A stretch of DNA of 64,000 bases from contig OZ241326.1 in NCBI GenBank assembly GCA_965199855.1, forward strand, positions 2,496,001-2,560,000, written 5' to 3'. Origin of the DNA: a bacterium. GTDB taxonomy: Bacteria > UBA8248. Positions 9,360-18,977 of the stretch are shown piece by piece. The notes below the pieces were generated by a model. It was not told where the DNA came from. It searched no databases and was given only the letters and a program-made list of their open reading frames with translations. The number at the start of each line of letters is the position of its first letter. Within the stretch, counting starts at the first letter, position 1. The position numbers and the translations under genes are program-made.

Positions 9360-9698
9360 CGACTTCCTCCCGTGATGATTCTTCCGCCGCGCGAGGCGGA
9401 AAGACCCTAATGAGGCCCGCCGCCCATCCCAGACGGCGCATCATACAAACCTTCGCGGGCCCGGAAAAGCGGATGAGCCGATCATCGAACACAGTCGCCC
9501 CCCGCCGCGCGCCGTTCCGGCGAAGGCCGAACGCCTCGCGCCGCTGTTTCCACAGATTTTTTAATGCGGCAATCTTTTGAAAATCAAACGCTTCGGGGAA
9601 TTCCCTCCGCCTCCGGCCCGCGTTTCGTGGCGAGGCGGCGCGGGTTCGTGATAGAATGGTTCGCGATCCTAAGTATAAAATGAAGGGAGAGAGACTCG

Positions 9699-10340
9699 AT
9701 GCCCAGACTTCACAAGGTTCGCCAGTTCAAGCCCTACCTCATGCGCTACCTGCACTCGAACGACCCGAACTACGAGCCGGTTCTGAGAGACCTGTTCGAG
9801 CACGAGCACGCGGTCTATGACGACATCACGGCGAGCGAGGAGACGGATTTCCGGCGAGGCGAGCGCGGAACCCAAACTTGGCACGTCGTTTTCACCGAGC
9901 TGACCGACATCCTGACGCCGTTTCACATCGAGCAGCTCTTCGAGCGTCTGGAGAAGGATTTCTCGGCCACCTGCCGGCTCATGCGCGAGACGCCCGCGCC
10001 GGAGCCTGCGGAGAGCGCGTCCGGCTTCCGTCCCTACCTCATGCGCTACCTCCTCTCCGGCGACCCCAACTACGAACCCGCGCTCCGGGATCTGCTCGAG
10101 CACGAGAACAAAGCCTACGACGCCGTCACGGCGAGCGAGGAGACGGATTTCCGCCGAGGCGAGCGCGGAACCCAAACCTGGCGCGCGGTCTGCGGCGAGC
10201 TCGCAGGCGTCCTCTCTCCCGGACAAATCCGCGAGCTTTTCGAGAGGCTGGAGAAGGATTTCTCGGACACCTGCCAGCTCTTCCATGAGATGGCCGAGGC
10301 GCAAAAACTCATCGAGACAGAAGAAGGCGGACCGGGCTGA
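9699..10340 (+). CDS. Hypothetical protein made of two tandem ~100-aa repeats
   Basis: Purine-rich RBS and -10-like elements upstream. The repeat PYLMRYL...DPNYEP...TASEETDFRRGERGTQTW...LFERLEKDFS occurs twice. Confidence 0.75.
   Translation: MPRLHKVRQFKPYLMRYLHSNDPNYEPVLRDLFEHEHAVYDDITASEETDFRRGERGTQTWHVVFTELTDILTPFHIEQLFERLEKDFSATCRLMRETPAPEPAESASGFRPYLMRYLLSGDPNYEPALRDLLEHENKAYDAVTASEETDFRRGERGTQTWRAVCGELAGVLSPGQIRELFERLEKDFSDTCQLFHEMAEAQKLIETEEGGPG
9732..10280 (+). repeat. Intragenic direct repeat, 300-bp period, two copies
   Basis: CCCTACCTCATGCGCTACCT at 9732 and 10032. 9826-9877 and 10126-10177 are identical at 51 of 52 nt. Confidence 0.92.
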
Positions 10341-10464
10341 TTCGCTCCTCTTGCCGTCCCGGAGCGCAATCCCTACAATTCGCCTGAGACTGCTTCGTCC
10401 AGCCGGAACCGCCCGCGCGAGCGAAGCCGGCGGTCGGCAAACGCTTCTCCGGGGAGACCGCCGC

Positions 10465-10851
10465 ATGGCCAGATATTCATACGATCACCTTCATTTCAGA
10501 AGCGAGGACCCTCACGCCGCCCGCGATTTCTGGATCGAGATGTTCGGCGCCGAGGTCCTCGAAGAGCGGGAGCTGGGCGGCGCCCCGGCGTTCAACATGG
10601 ACCTGAACGGCATGACGTTCATCGTCTCCGGCCGGGCGAAGGGGGAGGACCCGGTGCGGACGGGCTCCGAGCCGCGCTACGGGCTGGACCACTTCGGCCT
10701 CCTCGTGGACGACATGGACGAGGCGCAAAAGGAGCTGACCGGAAAGGGCGCGGAGTGGATATGCGAACCATGGGAGATACGGCCGGGGGTGAAGATCGCC
10801 TTCATCAAGGGGCCCGACAACATCAGCATCGAGATGGCCCAGCGCGGCTGA
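10465..10851 (+). CDS. VOC (glyoxalase/bleomycin resistance/dioxygenase) family protein
   Basis: YDHLH...GLDHFGLLVDD...AFIKGPDNISIE motifs. Start at ATG 10465 after GGGGAG. Confidence 0.88.
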   Translation: MARYSYDHLHFRSEDPHAARDFWIEMFGAEVLEERELGGAPAFNMDLNGMTFIVSGRAKGEDPVRTGSEPRYGLDHFGLLVDDMDEAQKELTGKGAEWICEPWEIRPGVKIAFIKGPDNISIEMAQRG

Positions 10852-10909
10852 CCCCGCGCGTCCGCCGGAGGCCGCTCCCTTTCATCATCCCGCCGCCGGG
10901 AGCTTCGCC

Positions 10910-11558
10910 ATGAAGAAATGGAACAGGCGCGAACTGCTCAGAGACTCCCTGCTCGGCCTGACGACGATCGGCGCGGGCGTCTTCGCGCTCGAGGACGCGC
11001 TCGCGCCCACGCCGGCGCACGGGGAGCTGGGGGAATACGGCGAATTCCTGCTCGCGCGAGGCGAGAGCCCCGACGCGCCGCCCAGAAGCTTCGATCCGAC
11101 AGACGCCGACGCCTGGGGGCCTTTCTACAAGCAGGGCGCGCCCTTCCGGGGCCGCGTGGCGCCGGAGGACGCCCCGGGGACGCCCATGCTCATTCGGGGC
11201 CGCGTCTATGGCCGCGAGGCCCGGAAGGCGCTTGACGGCGCGGTGATCGACGTGTGGCAGGCGGATGCCGGCGGCCGCTACCACGGCATGGACGAGGGCG
11301 CAGGGAGGCTTCTACCGCTTCGAGACGGTTCACCCGGGGCGCTACGGCTCCGGCTTCTGGCGGCGGCCCTCGCACATCCATTTCTACGTTCGCCACCCCG
11401 ACTACCGGCCCCTCGTAACGCAGCTGTATTTCGAGGGCGACCCGAGGCTGAGCGGACGCGAACGCTCGAAGCCCTCGCTGATCATTCCGCTGCGGCAGGC
11501 TTCCCTTGGGAAAAAATACGAGACGGGACGCTTCAACATCGTCCTGACGAAGGGGTGA
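10910..11558 (+). pseudogene. Tat-signal intradiol ring-cleavage dioxygenase-like gene, frameshifted near 11300
   Basis: NRRELL Tat motif, GPFY and DVWQADxxGRY in one frame; YRFETVHPGRY, RPSHIH and LVTQLYF in another frame. Confidence 0.78.
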
Positions 11559-11606
11559 GGAACATTCCGGGCGTCGCGGAACGGGCCGGGGAGGCGCCCC
11601 CCGCCC

Positions 11607-14504
11607 TTACGCCACCGGTCCGGAACCCGGCGGCCGCTTCTTGCCCCCGCGCACCGACGGCTCGGCGCACCACTTGACCGCCAGCCGCCGCGCGCCCTGA
11701 TAAACGCTCTCGTCGAACCCCAGCATGTCGCAGATGACGCGCCTGTCCAGCAACGCGCGATTCGGGTCGGCGTCGGCCAGATACGCCGGCATCAGCTCCT
11801 GCTCCCGAAACTCCTCGAATATCTCGCGGGCGACGGCGAGCTGCGCGTCATCAAGGGCGCGGAAATCGAGAATGGGGAGCGTGTCGGCCGCGCTGATGGT
11901 TATCCGCCCTCGGCCGCTATGCTGCCGGTTGGAATGCCACCAGAATTTCAAAAGGCCCAGCGTGGAGTTGCTCCATACGACAAATGCGTAGTCAAACCTT
12001 TCATCGAGGAAAAACACGTTCGGCCATGCAGTTCCGCCGATAGATTTCTCTTCCGTGAACGCGGCAGTCAGCGGCTGGGAATTGAAGCGAAAATCAAGCG
12101 TCAAGTGCGCGCGGCTGGCCGTGGCCCAAACCTCGGCGGCCCTCTTCTCCATGCCGGGGCGAACCCGCAGCTCGGAGTCCGGTTCGCAAACCATCCGCGT
12201 TTCCTTCTTCGCGTCGTGATTCCACAGGGACGGATAAGTGGCAGTCGGGCTGGGCTGTCTCATTTTGATGAAGGGCGCGGAAGAAGCGCCTACGATGTTT
12301 CTGTGATACAGGCCGCGCCGGCCGACATGGCTCAAGGGCGCGGTTTTCAGGCGCAGGGCCGCAAGGATGCCGGGCAGCCACAGCCTGGAATCGGCCAGCG
12401 CGTGAGCGGTCTGGGCCAAGGAAAAATCCGATACGCGCACCCCGGCCCACGTCTCCCCGTTTTCGGCGCAGGGCGGCGTCAGCATCTCTCCCTCTACTTC
12501 GTCGCCCACCATGAGGGGCGCGCCGCCGTATGGCCCCTCGTCGATTCGTCTGATGAGTTCGGCGGCGCGGATGCTTTTCGCCGTCTCGGCGGCGTGGACG
12601 AAACTTTGCGGGCGGCGGCGCAGGGAAACGAAGCGCGCCCGCCGCGCCGGCGGCTCCTCCGCCTCCCGCTTGCGGGCGACGACCAGGCACTCCGCCATGC
12701 CCGTATCCGAGGAAAAGGAAATATCCCCGCCGTTGGCGGCGATGCTCAGCACCTCCAGATCCACGTAGCCGTCGGTGAGCATCTGCCGGAACTTCTCCCA
12801 GGAGACGCCCGTGGCGGCCGACAGGGGCAAAACCAGAGCGAGGACGCCGCCGGGCTTAAGTTTGCGATCCCCCAAGGCGGCGAAGGAAGAAGCGATGCCG
12901 GCGTAGCCGTGGGCGCAGGTATCCCTGGCGAACCGTTTCTCCCTGCTGGACATCTCTTTCTGGGTTTCCGGGTCGGAGCCCAATCCCCGGAACTGCTTCA
13001 CCGTGTCCGCTTCCCTCTCGTCCCCCTCCCAGTCGGAGCCGGCCCGCGTGAACGGCGAATTCATTATCACCAGGTCGAAGCCCTCGTCGGGAAACTCCAC
13101 CACGTTTTGGGAGGCGGCCTCCTCGCCCGCGCTGCCGATGCGCCGGGCGGGATCGTTCATGTTCAGGAGGATGAGCTGGCGGCTCTTGTCCAGGAGCTCC
13201 AGAGAGCCTATCGCCACCGAGTCGTCCTTCTGGCGTCCGTAGGGCATCGTATAGATGCGGGAGTTGTCATAGCCGACGGCCGGCTGAACGCCGGAGAGAG
13301 TCGCGCCGGTGATGTGGACGGCCGAGGGCATCACGTCGCAGCCGTAGAGAACTTCCTCCATCATGGCCGGATGGATCGCCGCCGCGTCTCCTCCGGCGCG
13401 CTCGTGGCGGGCGGCCACCTGATCATAGACCGCCGACAGGAGCGCGCCCGTGCCGCAGGCGAAATCCGCGACGCGCAAGCCCCCGACGGCCTCCGCGCAG
13501 GCCCAGTCCACCCCCTTCATCTTCGCCACCGCCAGCCGCGCCAGAAGCGCGGCCGAGGCCGGGCGCGTGTAGAACGTCGCCAGATACTTCCGGTCGGCGA
13601 TGAGCCTCTGGAACACCTGCCCGGTCAGGTCGTGAGCGTGGGAGACGCCTGCGGCGTCTATGCGCTGGGCGGTGGGGAGCAAACTGGATAAAACTTGAAC
13701 CGCGGGACCCGCCGACAGTTCCTCCAACACGCGCGCGGCGATGTCGAATATCGGAAAATAGTTCACCTCAAGAATGCGCCGCCATGCGGCAAGGACGCCC
13801 GCCTGCAGCGTATGCCCGCCGACTTTGTCCAGCGTCGGGATGCCGAGTTCCCGGCGCGTTCCGGCGAGGCGTTCGTGGAACACCACCGCGTTTGCGAGAA
13901 TGGCGCAGGCCATGCGGCGGGTCTGAGGCTCGTTTCGCATTTCCAGCGTCCCGGCGATATTCTCCGTCAGGCCGGGCCGCAGGATATTCACCTCATTCAG
14001 AATCCACGACGCCCGCTCTACTCCCTGCTCAAAGGCGTCGGTCGCCTCGTCCACCTCCTTTTGCGGCACGGAAACCAGCCGGATGAGGTCGGCCAGGCCG
14101 TCCGCCGAGCCTTCCAGCCAGCCCGATTCGGGAAAGCGGATGCCGCCCTCGCGCAGGACGCACCAGGAAAGCCTCGCTTCGGCGAGCGCGCGGCCCGCGT
14201 CGTAGGCGTCTCTCGCCGACTGCGGATAGCGCAGGGCGACGGCGGCCTCGACGGGACGCCCCTCGCCCTCGACCCCCAGACCCAGCCGCTCCCGGGCGTC
14301 TTCCTCCGCCTCCTCCGCCGGTTCGTATTCGGCCTCCACCACGACCGGCGAGCGGCCGGGAGAGGTGATCAGCACGTCGGGACGGCGGCCCGAATGGCCG
14401 ATGAGAACCGCCGTATTCTCGGAGCGCGCCTCGCAGGCGGGCATCATGCGCCGAAGCAGACCGCACAGGGCGTTGTTGAGGTTGGGTTCTGATTGACGCG
14501 GCAT
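11607..14504 (-). CDS. Type IIG-like fused restriction endonuclease/N6-adenine methyltransferase
   Basis: N-terminal PDVLI...VVVEAE nuclease-like motif, FYT motif X, DFACGTG motif I, DLVIMNSPF motif IV, C-terminal TRD-like region. Confidence 0.8.
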   Translation of the reverse strand: MPRQSEPNLNNALCGLLRRMMPACEARSENTAVLIGHSGRRPDVLITSPGRSPVVVEAEYEPAEEAEEDARERLGLGVEGEGRPVEAAVALRYPQSARDAYDAGRALAEARLSWCVLREGGIRFPESGWLEGSADGLADLIRLVSVPQKEVDEATDAFEQGVERASWILNEVNILRPGLTENIAGTLEMRNEPQTRRMACAILANAVVFHERLAGTRRELGIPTLDKVGGHTLQAGVLAAWRRILEVNYFPIFDIAARVLEELSAGPAVQVLSSLLPTAQRIDAAGVSHAHDLTGQVFQRLIADRKYLATFYTRPASAALLARLAVAKMKGVDWACAEAVGGLRVADFACGTGALLSAVYDQVAARHERAGGDAAAIHPAMMEEVLYGCDVMPSAVHITGATLSGVQPAVGYDNSRIYTMPYGRQKDDSVAIGSLELLDKSRQLILLNMNDPARRIGSAGEEAASQNVVEFPDEGFDLVIMNSPFTRAGSDWEGDEREADTVKQFRGLGSDPETQKEMSSREKRFARDTCAHGYAGIASSFAALGDRKLKPGGVLALVLPLSAATGVSWEKFRQMLTDGYVDLEVLSIAANGGDISFSSDTGMAECLVVARKREAEEPPARRARFVSLRRRPQSFVHAAETAKSIRAAELIRRIDEGPYGGAPLMVGDEVEGEMLTPPCAENGETWAGVRVSDFSLAQTAHALADSRLWLPGILAALRLKTAPLSHVGRRGLYHRNIVGASSAPFIKMRQPSPTATYPSLWNHDAKKETRMVCEPDSELRVRPGMEKRAAEVWATASRAHLTLDFRFNSQPLTAAFTEEKSIGGTAWPNVFFLDERFDYAFVVWSNSTLGLLKFWWHSNRQHSGRGRITISAADTLPILDFRALDDAQLAVAREIFEEFREQELMPAYLADADPNRALLDRRVICDMLGFDESVYQGARRLAVKWCAEPSVRGGKKRPPGSGPVA

Positions 14505-14913
14505 CGCGCGCGCTCCCGTAGCGAAAACCGATGCGTTGCTCAGGATCGGGAATTAAATTTTCGTAACATATTCGCCTGTTTTGCGAAAATACGCAAGCGC
14601 TATATTTCTCTCACCCCGGAAAGCGAGAGCGTCCAGTCGGAAAGAATGAAAAGGGCGGAGCAAAAAGTCTATGGGAGACGACCGGGGCGGTCAACCGGGC
14701 GAGACGCGCCCCGGGGCGCATTTTCGCGGGTCCCGCGCCGGCACGAGGCGAGCCGCCGCGCCTCCGGCGCTTTGACCGGGCGCAGCCGATGTGCTAGACA
14801 AGAGCCTGTTTTCCCGATTGTTCCCATTGGCTGAAATTTCCGTGAAACCGGCCGGATTCTCCGCGCAGGCGCGGGCCGCCGAGAACGCGAGGCTCCCAGG
14901 AAAGGCTCAAGAA

Positions 14914-16425
14914 ATGCGGAACGGCAAAGAGAAATGCGACGTGGTCGTGGTGGGCTGCGGAAACGCCGCCCTTTGCGCGTCCCTGGCGGCGCGGGATCAG
15001 GGGGCGAAGAAAGTCGTGGCGCTCGAGAAGGCGCCCGAGGCGTGGCGCGGCGGCAATTCGGCTTTCTCGGGCGGACTGTTCCGCTTCGCCTTCCAGAGCA
15101 TCGAGGACATCTACGCGCTCGTCCCGGATATGTCCGACGCCGAGAAGGAAAACATCGAGATCGAACCCTACACCTCCGAAAAATTCTTCGACGACCTCGC
15201 CCTCCTCACCGAATACCAGACCGACGGCGACCTCGCCTCCGTCCTGATTCACGAGTCGCTCCCGACGCTTCAGTGGATGCGCTCGAAGGGCCTCAGGCTC
15301 ATTCTCGCCAGCGGCCGGCAGGCCTTCAAGGTGGACGGCAAGATGCGCTTCTGGGGCGGGCTGATTCTCGAAATCGTGGGCGGCGGACACGGACTCATCG
15401 ACTCGCTCCTCGACGCCGCGAACGAGGCGGGAGTCGAGGTGCGCTACGGGGCGAAGGCGACCCGCCTGCTCACGGACCGGATGGGCGCGGCGCGGGGCGT
15501 CGAGGTCAGGGGGCCCGAGGGGCCATACGAAATCGAGGCGCACGGGGTGGTGCTGGCCTCGGGCGGCTTCGAGGCGAACGCCGAGATGCGCTGCCGCTAC
15601 CTGGGGCCCGGCTGGGAGCTCGCCAAGGTTCGCGGCACCCCCTACAACACGGGCGACGGCATAAGAATGGCGCTCGACGTCGGCGCGCAGCCCTACGGCA
15701 ACTGGAGCGGCTGCCACGCCGTCGCCTGGGACTTGAACGCGCCGCCCTTCGGCGACCTCACGGTGGGCGAATCCTACCAGAAGCACTCCTACCCCTTCGG
15801 AATCATCGTGAACGTCGAGGGCAGGCGCTTCGTGGACGAGGGGGCGGACTTCAGGAACTACACCTACGCCAAATACGGCCGGAACATCCTCCAGCAGCCC
15901 CGGCGCGCCGCCTTTCAGATATTCGACCAGAAGACCGCGCACATGCTGCGCGACGAATACCGCATCCGCGAGGTCACCAAGGCGGAGGCGAACACCCCGG
16001 AGGAGCTCGCCCGCCAGCTCGAAATCGACGTTGACGGCTTCGTCAGGACGGTTCGGGAGTTCAACGCCGCCGTGCAGCCGGGCGAATACAACCCGACCAT
16101 CAAGGACGGCAAGGGAACGGAGGGCGTCAACCCTCCGAAGTCGAACTGGGCGCTCCCCATCGACGAGCCGCCCTACCTCGGCTTCGCCGTCACAACGGGC
16201 ATCACCTTCACCTTCGGCGGCATCCGCGTGACGCCCAGGGCAGAGGTCATCAACACCGAGAACGAGGTCATCCCCGGGCTTTTCGCCGCGGGCGAGCTCG
16301 TGGGCGGCGTCTATTACTTCAACTATCCGGGAGGCGCCGGCCTCACCCTGGGCGCCGTCTATGGGCGTCTGGCGGGAGCCGCCGCGGGCCGCCGCGCCGT
16401 CGAGGCGAACCCGGCCTCCGCGTAG
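14914..16425 (+). CDS. FAD-dependent oxidoreductase, tricarballylate dehydrogenase TcuA-like
   Basis: VVVGCGNAA, RGGNS, LASGGFEAN, RGTPYNTGDG, GITFTFGG and NYPGG motifs. Start placed at ATG 14914. Confidence 0.85.
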   Translation: MRNGKEKCDVVVVGCGNAALCASLAARDQGAKKVVALEKAPEAWRGGNSAFSGGLFRFAFQSIEDIYALVPDMSDAEKENIEIEPYTSEKFFDDLALLTEYQTDGDLASVLIHESLPTLQWMRSKGLRLILASGRQAFKVDGKMRFWGGLILEIVGGGHGLIDSLLDAANEAGVEVRYGAKATRLLTDRMGAARGVEVRGPEGPYEIEAHGVVLASGGFEANAEMRCRYLGPGWELAKVRGTPYNTGDGIRMALDVGAQPYGNWSGCHAVAWDLNAPPFGDLTVGESYQKHSYPFGIIVNVEGRRFVDEGADFRNYTYAKYGRNILQQPRRAAFQIFDQKTAHMLRDEYRIREVTKAEANTPEELARQLEIDVDGFVRTVREFNAAVQPGEYNPTIKDGKGTEGVNPPKSNWALPIDEPPYLGFAVTTGITFTFGGIRVTPRAEVINTENEVIPGLFAAGELVGGVYYFNYPGGAGLTLGAVYGRLAGAAAGRRAVEANPASA

Positions 16426-16461
16426 CTCTCGATTCGGCGGCGAGGCGGGGCCTGCCGTCCC

Positions 16462-17040
16462 TTATTCCCCGGTCGCGTTCAGGGAAACCGGCTCGCCGTT
16501 CAGCTCCGCCGTGCTCTTGAGCGGAACGGCCGCCGTGACCATCTGCTCGGCGAAGCACCCCCGCTTCGCGTTTCTGATGACGGCGAGCATCTTCTCCGCC
16601 TCCTCGTCGGATTCCACCTCGAAATGCGTCCGCACCTCGGAGCAGCCGGCGTTCACCGTCCCCTTGAGAACGGAGCCGCCCAGAAAGTAGTCGAAGTCCA
16701 CGCGCACCCTGGCGCGCTTGAAAGACACCTTCATCATGTGCGCGTACCGCGCAAGCTGGGTCAGCAGTCAGAATCCCACCCCCATGGCGATGTAGCAAAG
16801 CGGCTGCGGATGGGAATCCTCCCCGCCGATGCGGGGCGGCTCGTCGCAATACACCTCGAAGTGCCTGTGCCTGCCGAGCTTGAGTTGGCCCTGTCCCTCC
16901 ACCGTCTCGGTGTCGGCGGACATGGTGAAGGCGTAGCCCTGCGGAGGGAGCTCGGGCTTGTCGATCGCGCGCTCGCCTGGAACGGCGCTGTCCTTGCGGG
17001 GGTCGAGGGGCGCCGCCCCTCCCGTCTGCTCTGGCGTCAT
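16462..17040 (-). CDS. OsmC-like redox protein, probable selenoprotein (in-frame TGA at 16768-16770)
   Basis: ORFs 16768..17082 and 16462..16737 are in the same frame: DEPPRIGGEDSHPQPLCYIAMGVGF-TGA-LLTQLARYAH...GCFAEQ. Confidence 0.8.
16739..16753 (-). promoter_or_regulatory. Putative bacterial SECIS hairpin
   Basis: UGCGCG-GUA-CGCGCA stem-loop 15-29 nt 3' of the UGA, with GU in the apical loop. Confidence 0.6.
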
Positions 17041-17159
17041 GCTTGTCTCCTCTCCTCTGGTATCATAAGAATGCGGCCGCAAGAGAATATCACGCGCGCG
17101 GAGACGGCGAAAAGGAAGCCGCCCGCGCGCGCCCTCGCCCGCGCGTGAAAGGACGCCCC

Positions 17160-18119
17160 ATGAGCCGAATCGTCGTGCCGGACGACTATCCTTCCGTATT
17201 CTCCGGCAGCGCCGCCGAGGCGCGCCTGCGCGAAATCGGGAGCGCGGAAATTCATCCGTCGAACCCGCAGACCTCCGGGGAGCTGCTCCGCCGCGCGGAA
17301 GGCGCCGAGGGCGTCATCAACATCCGCGCCTTCTGCAGGTTCGACGCGGAGTTCTTCTCGCGCTGCGGCGCGCTCAGGGCGCTCTCGATTTGGGGGACGG
17401 GAACGGATCACGTAGACCTGGAGGCGGCCAAAGGCGCGGGCGTCGTCGTATCGAACACGCCGGGCGTGGCCGCCGTCTCGGTGGCGGAGCACGCCCTGGC
17501 GCTCATGCTGGCGGCCGCGCGCCAGATTCCCCGAAACGACGCCGCCACGCGCGCGGGCGCGTGGCCCCGGGGCCAGATGACGCAGCTGAGCGGGAAAACC
17601 CTGGGACTCATCGGCCTGGGCGCCATCGGCCGCCGGACGGCGCGCCTCGCCGCAGGCGTCGGGATGCGCCTCATCGCCTGGACGTTTCACCAGGACGCGG
17701 ACTTCGCCGCGGAGGTCGGGCTGGAGTTCGTCGAGCTGGACGACCTCTATGCGCGCGCCGACGTGGTTTCGATACACGCGCGGCAGTCGGCGGACACCGT
17801 CGGCATGGTCGGCGCCGAGGCGTTCTCCCGCATGAAGCCGGGCGCCATTCTGGTGAACACCGCGCGGGGGCTGATCGTGGACGAAGAGGCGCTCGTCTCG
17901 GCGCTGGAGAGCGGAAGTCTGGCCGCGGCGGGCCTCGACGTGTTCGCCGAGGAGCCCCTGCCGCCGAATCACCCGCTGGGAAAACTGGAGAACGCGGTTC
18001 TCTCCCCCCACAACGCGGGCATCACGCCCGAGGTGACGGAAGCGGGCCTGCTGATGGCGGTGGAGAACATCGCCGCCGCTTTCTCGGGAAATCCGCAGAA
18101 CGTGGTCGCCGCGCCGTGA
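17160..18119 (+). CDS. D-2-hydroxyacid dehydrogenase (SerA-like catalytic core)
   Basis: GLIGLGAIG, VNTARG, GLDVFAEEP and SPH motifs. Confidence 0.9.
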   Translation: MSRIVVPDDYPSVFSGSAAEARLREIGSAEIHPSNPQTSGELLRRAEGAEGVINIRAFCRFDAEFFSRCGALRALSIWGTGTDHVDLEAAKGAGVVVSNTPGVAAVSVAEHALALMLAAARQIPRNDAATRAGAWPRGQMTQLSGKTLGLIGLGAIGRRTARLAAGVGMRLIAWTFHQDADFAAEVGLEFVELDDLYARADVVSIHARQSADTVGMVGAEAFSRMKPGAILVNTARGLIVDEEALVSALESGSLAAAGLDVFAEEPLPPNHPLGKLENAVLSPHNAGITPEVTEAGLLMAVENIAAAFSGNPQNVVAAP

Positions 18120-18121
18120 TT

Positions 18122-18130
18122 TGCTATAAT
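18122..18130 (+). promoter_or_regulatory. Putative extended -10 promoter upstream of the aquaporin gene
   Basis: TGCTATAAT, matching TGn-TATAAT. Confidence 0.5.
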
Positions 18131-18240
18131 GGGCGGGCGGGGAGGAGCCGCTCTCGTTCGCCGGCGCGCCTCGCGCAGAATCGACGAAAGGCGCGAATTC
18201 CCCCGCAATCCTTTCGCCCGGATGAGCCGAGGAGAAAAAA

Positions 18241-18921
18241 ATGAGTCCTACGGGAAGGGCCTGCCTGGCCGAAGCCATCGGCGCCTTCGCGCTGTGCTTC
18301 ATCGGCGCCGGCGCCATCATCCTGAACCAGAAGACGGGAGGAGCCGTGGGCCTGATAGGCATCGCCCTCGCCCACGGTCTGATCCTCTCGGTGATGATTA
18401 CCGCCATGGGGCACGTCTCGGGCGCGCACTACAACCCGGCCGTCACCATCGGCTTCATGGTGACGAAAAGGACGGACGGCGGAACGGGCGCCGCCTACAT
18501 CATCAGCCAGCTCGTGGGCGGGACCGTCGCCGGCATTCTGCTGAGAGTCATCTTCGACGCCGGCGTCTGGGAGAAGGTGAACCTCGGGACGCCGGCCCTC
18601 GCGGGCGACGTGAGCTTCGGCATGGGGATTCTGATCGAAGTCGTCCTCACGTTCTTCCTGGTCATCGCCATCTGGGGCTCCGCCGTGGACGAGAGGCGCC
18701 CCGACGTGGGCGGCTTCGCTATCGGCCTCACCGTCTCCGCGGACATTCTGATGGGCGGGCCGCTCACGGGCGCGGCCATGAACCCGGCGCGCGCGTTCGG
18801 GCCCGCGCTGGCCGGAGGTGGCTTCGACGGCGTCAACCACCTCGTCTATTGGATAGGCCCCATCATCGGAGGCGTGGCGGCGGCGGCGCTCTACAACAGC
18901 GTTCTGATCAAGAAAGACTAG
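18241..18921 (+). CDS. MIP family channel (aquaporin)
   Basis: Two NPA boxes (SGAHYNPAVT, MNPARAFGPA) and YWIGP. Confidence 0.95.
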   Translation: MSPTGRACLAEAIGAFALCFIGAGAIILNQKTGGAVGLIGIALAHGLILSVMITAMGHVSGAHYNPAVTIGFMVTKRTDGGTGAAYIISQLVGGTVAGILLRVIFDAGVWEKVNLGTPALAGDVSFGMGILIEVVLTFFLVIAIWGSAVDERRPDVGGFAIGLTVSADILMGGPLTGAAMNPARAFGPALAGGGFDGVNHLVYWIGPIIGGVAAAALYNSVLIKKD

Positions 18922-18977
18922 GACGGACAGCCCGCCCCGACGGTCGGCGCGCCGCCGGGGCGGGGCTTGCCTCGTCC

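Noticed and set aside
9732-10280. Repeat pair as a DGR template/variable repeat or a CRISPR array
   Set aside because: Differences are not adenine-specific and many are synonymous; there are only two in-frame copies; no reverse transcriptase or cas genes are present.
18928-18968. GC-rich hairpin between convergent genes as a REP or MITE
   Set aside because: Single copy with no flanking duplication; more likely a weak terminator or chance pairing in GC-rich DNA.
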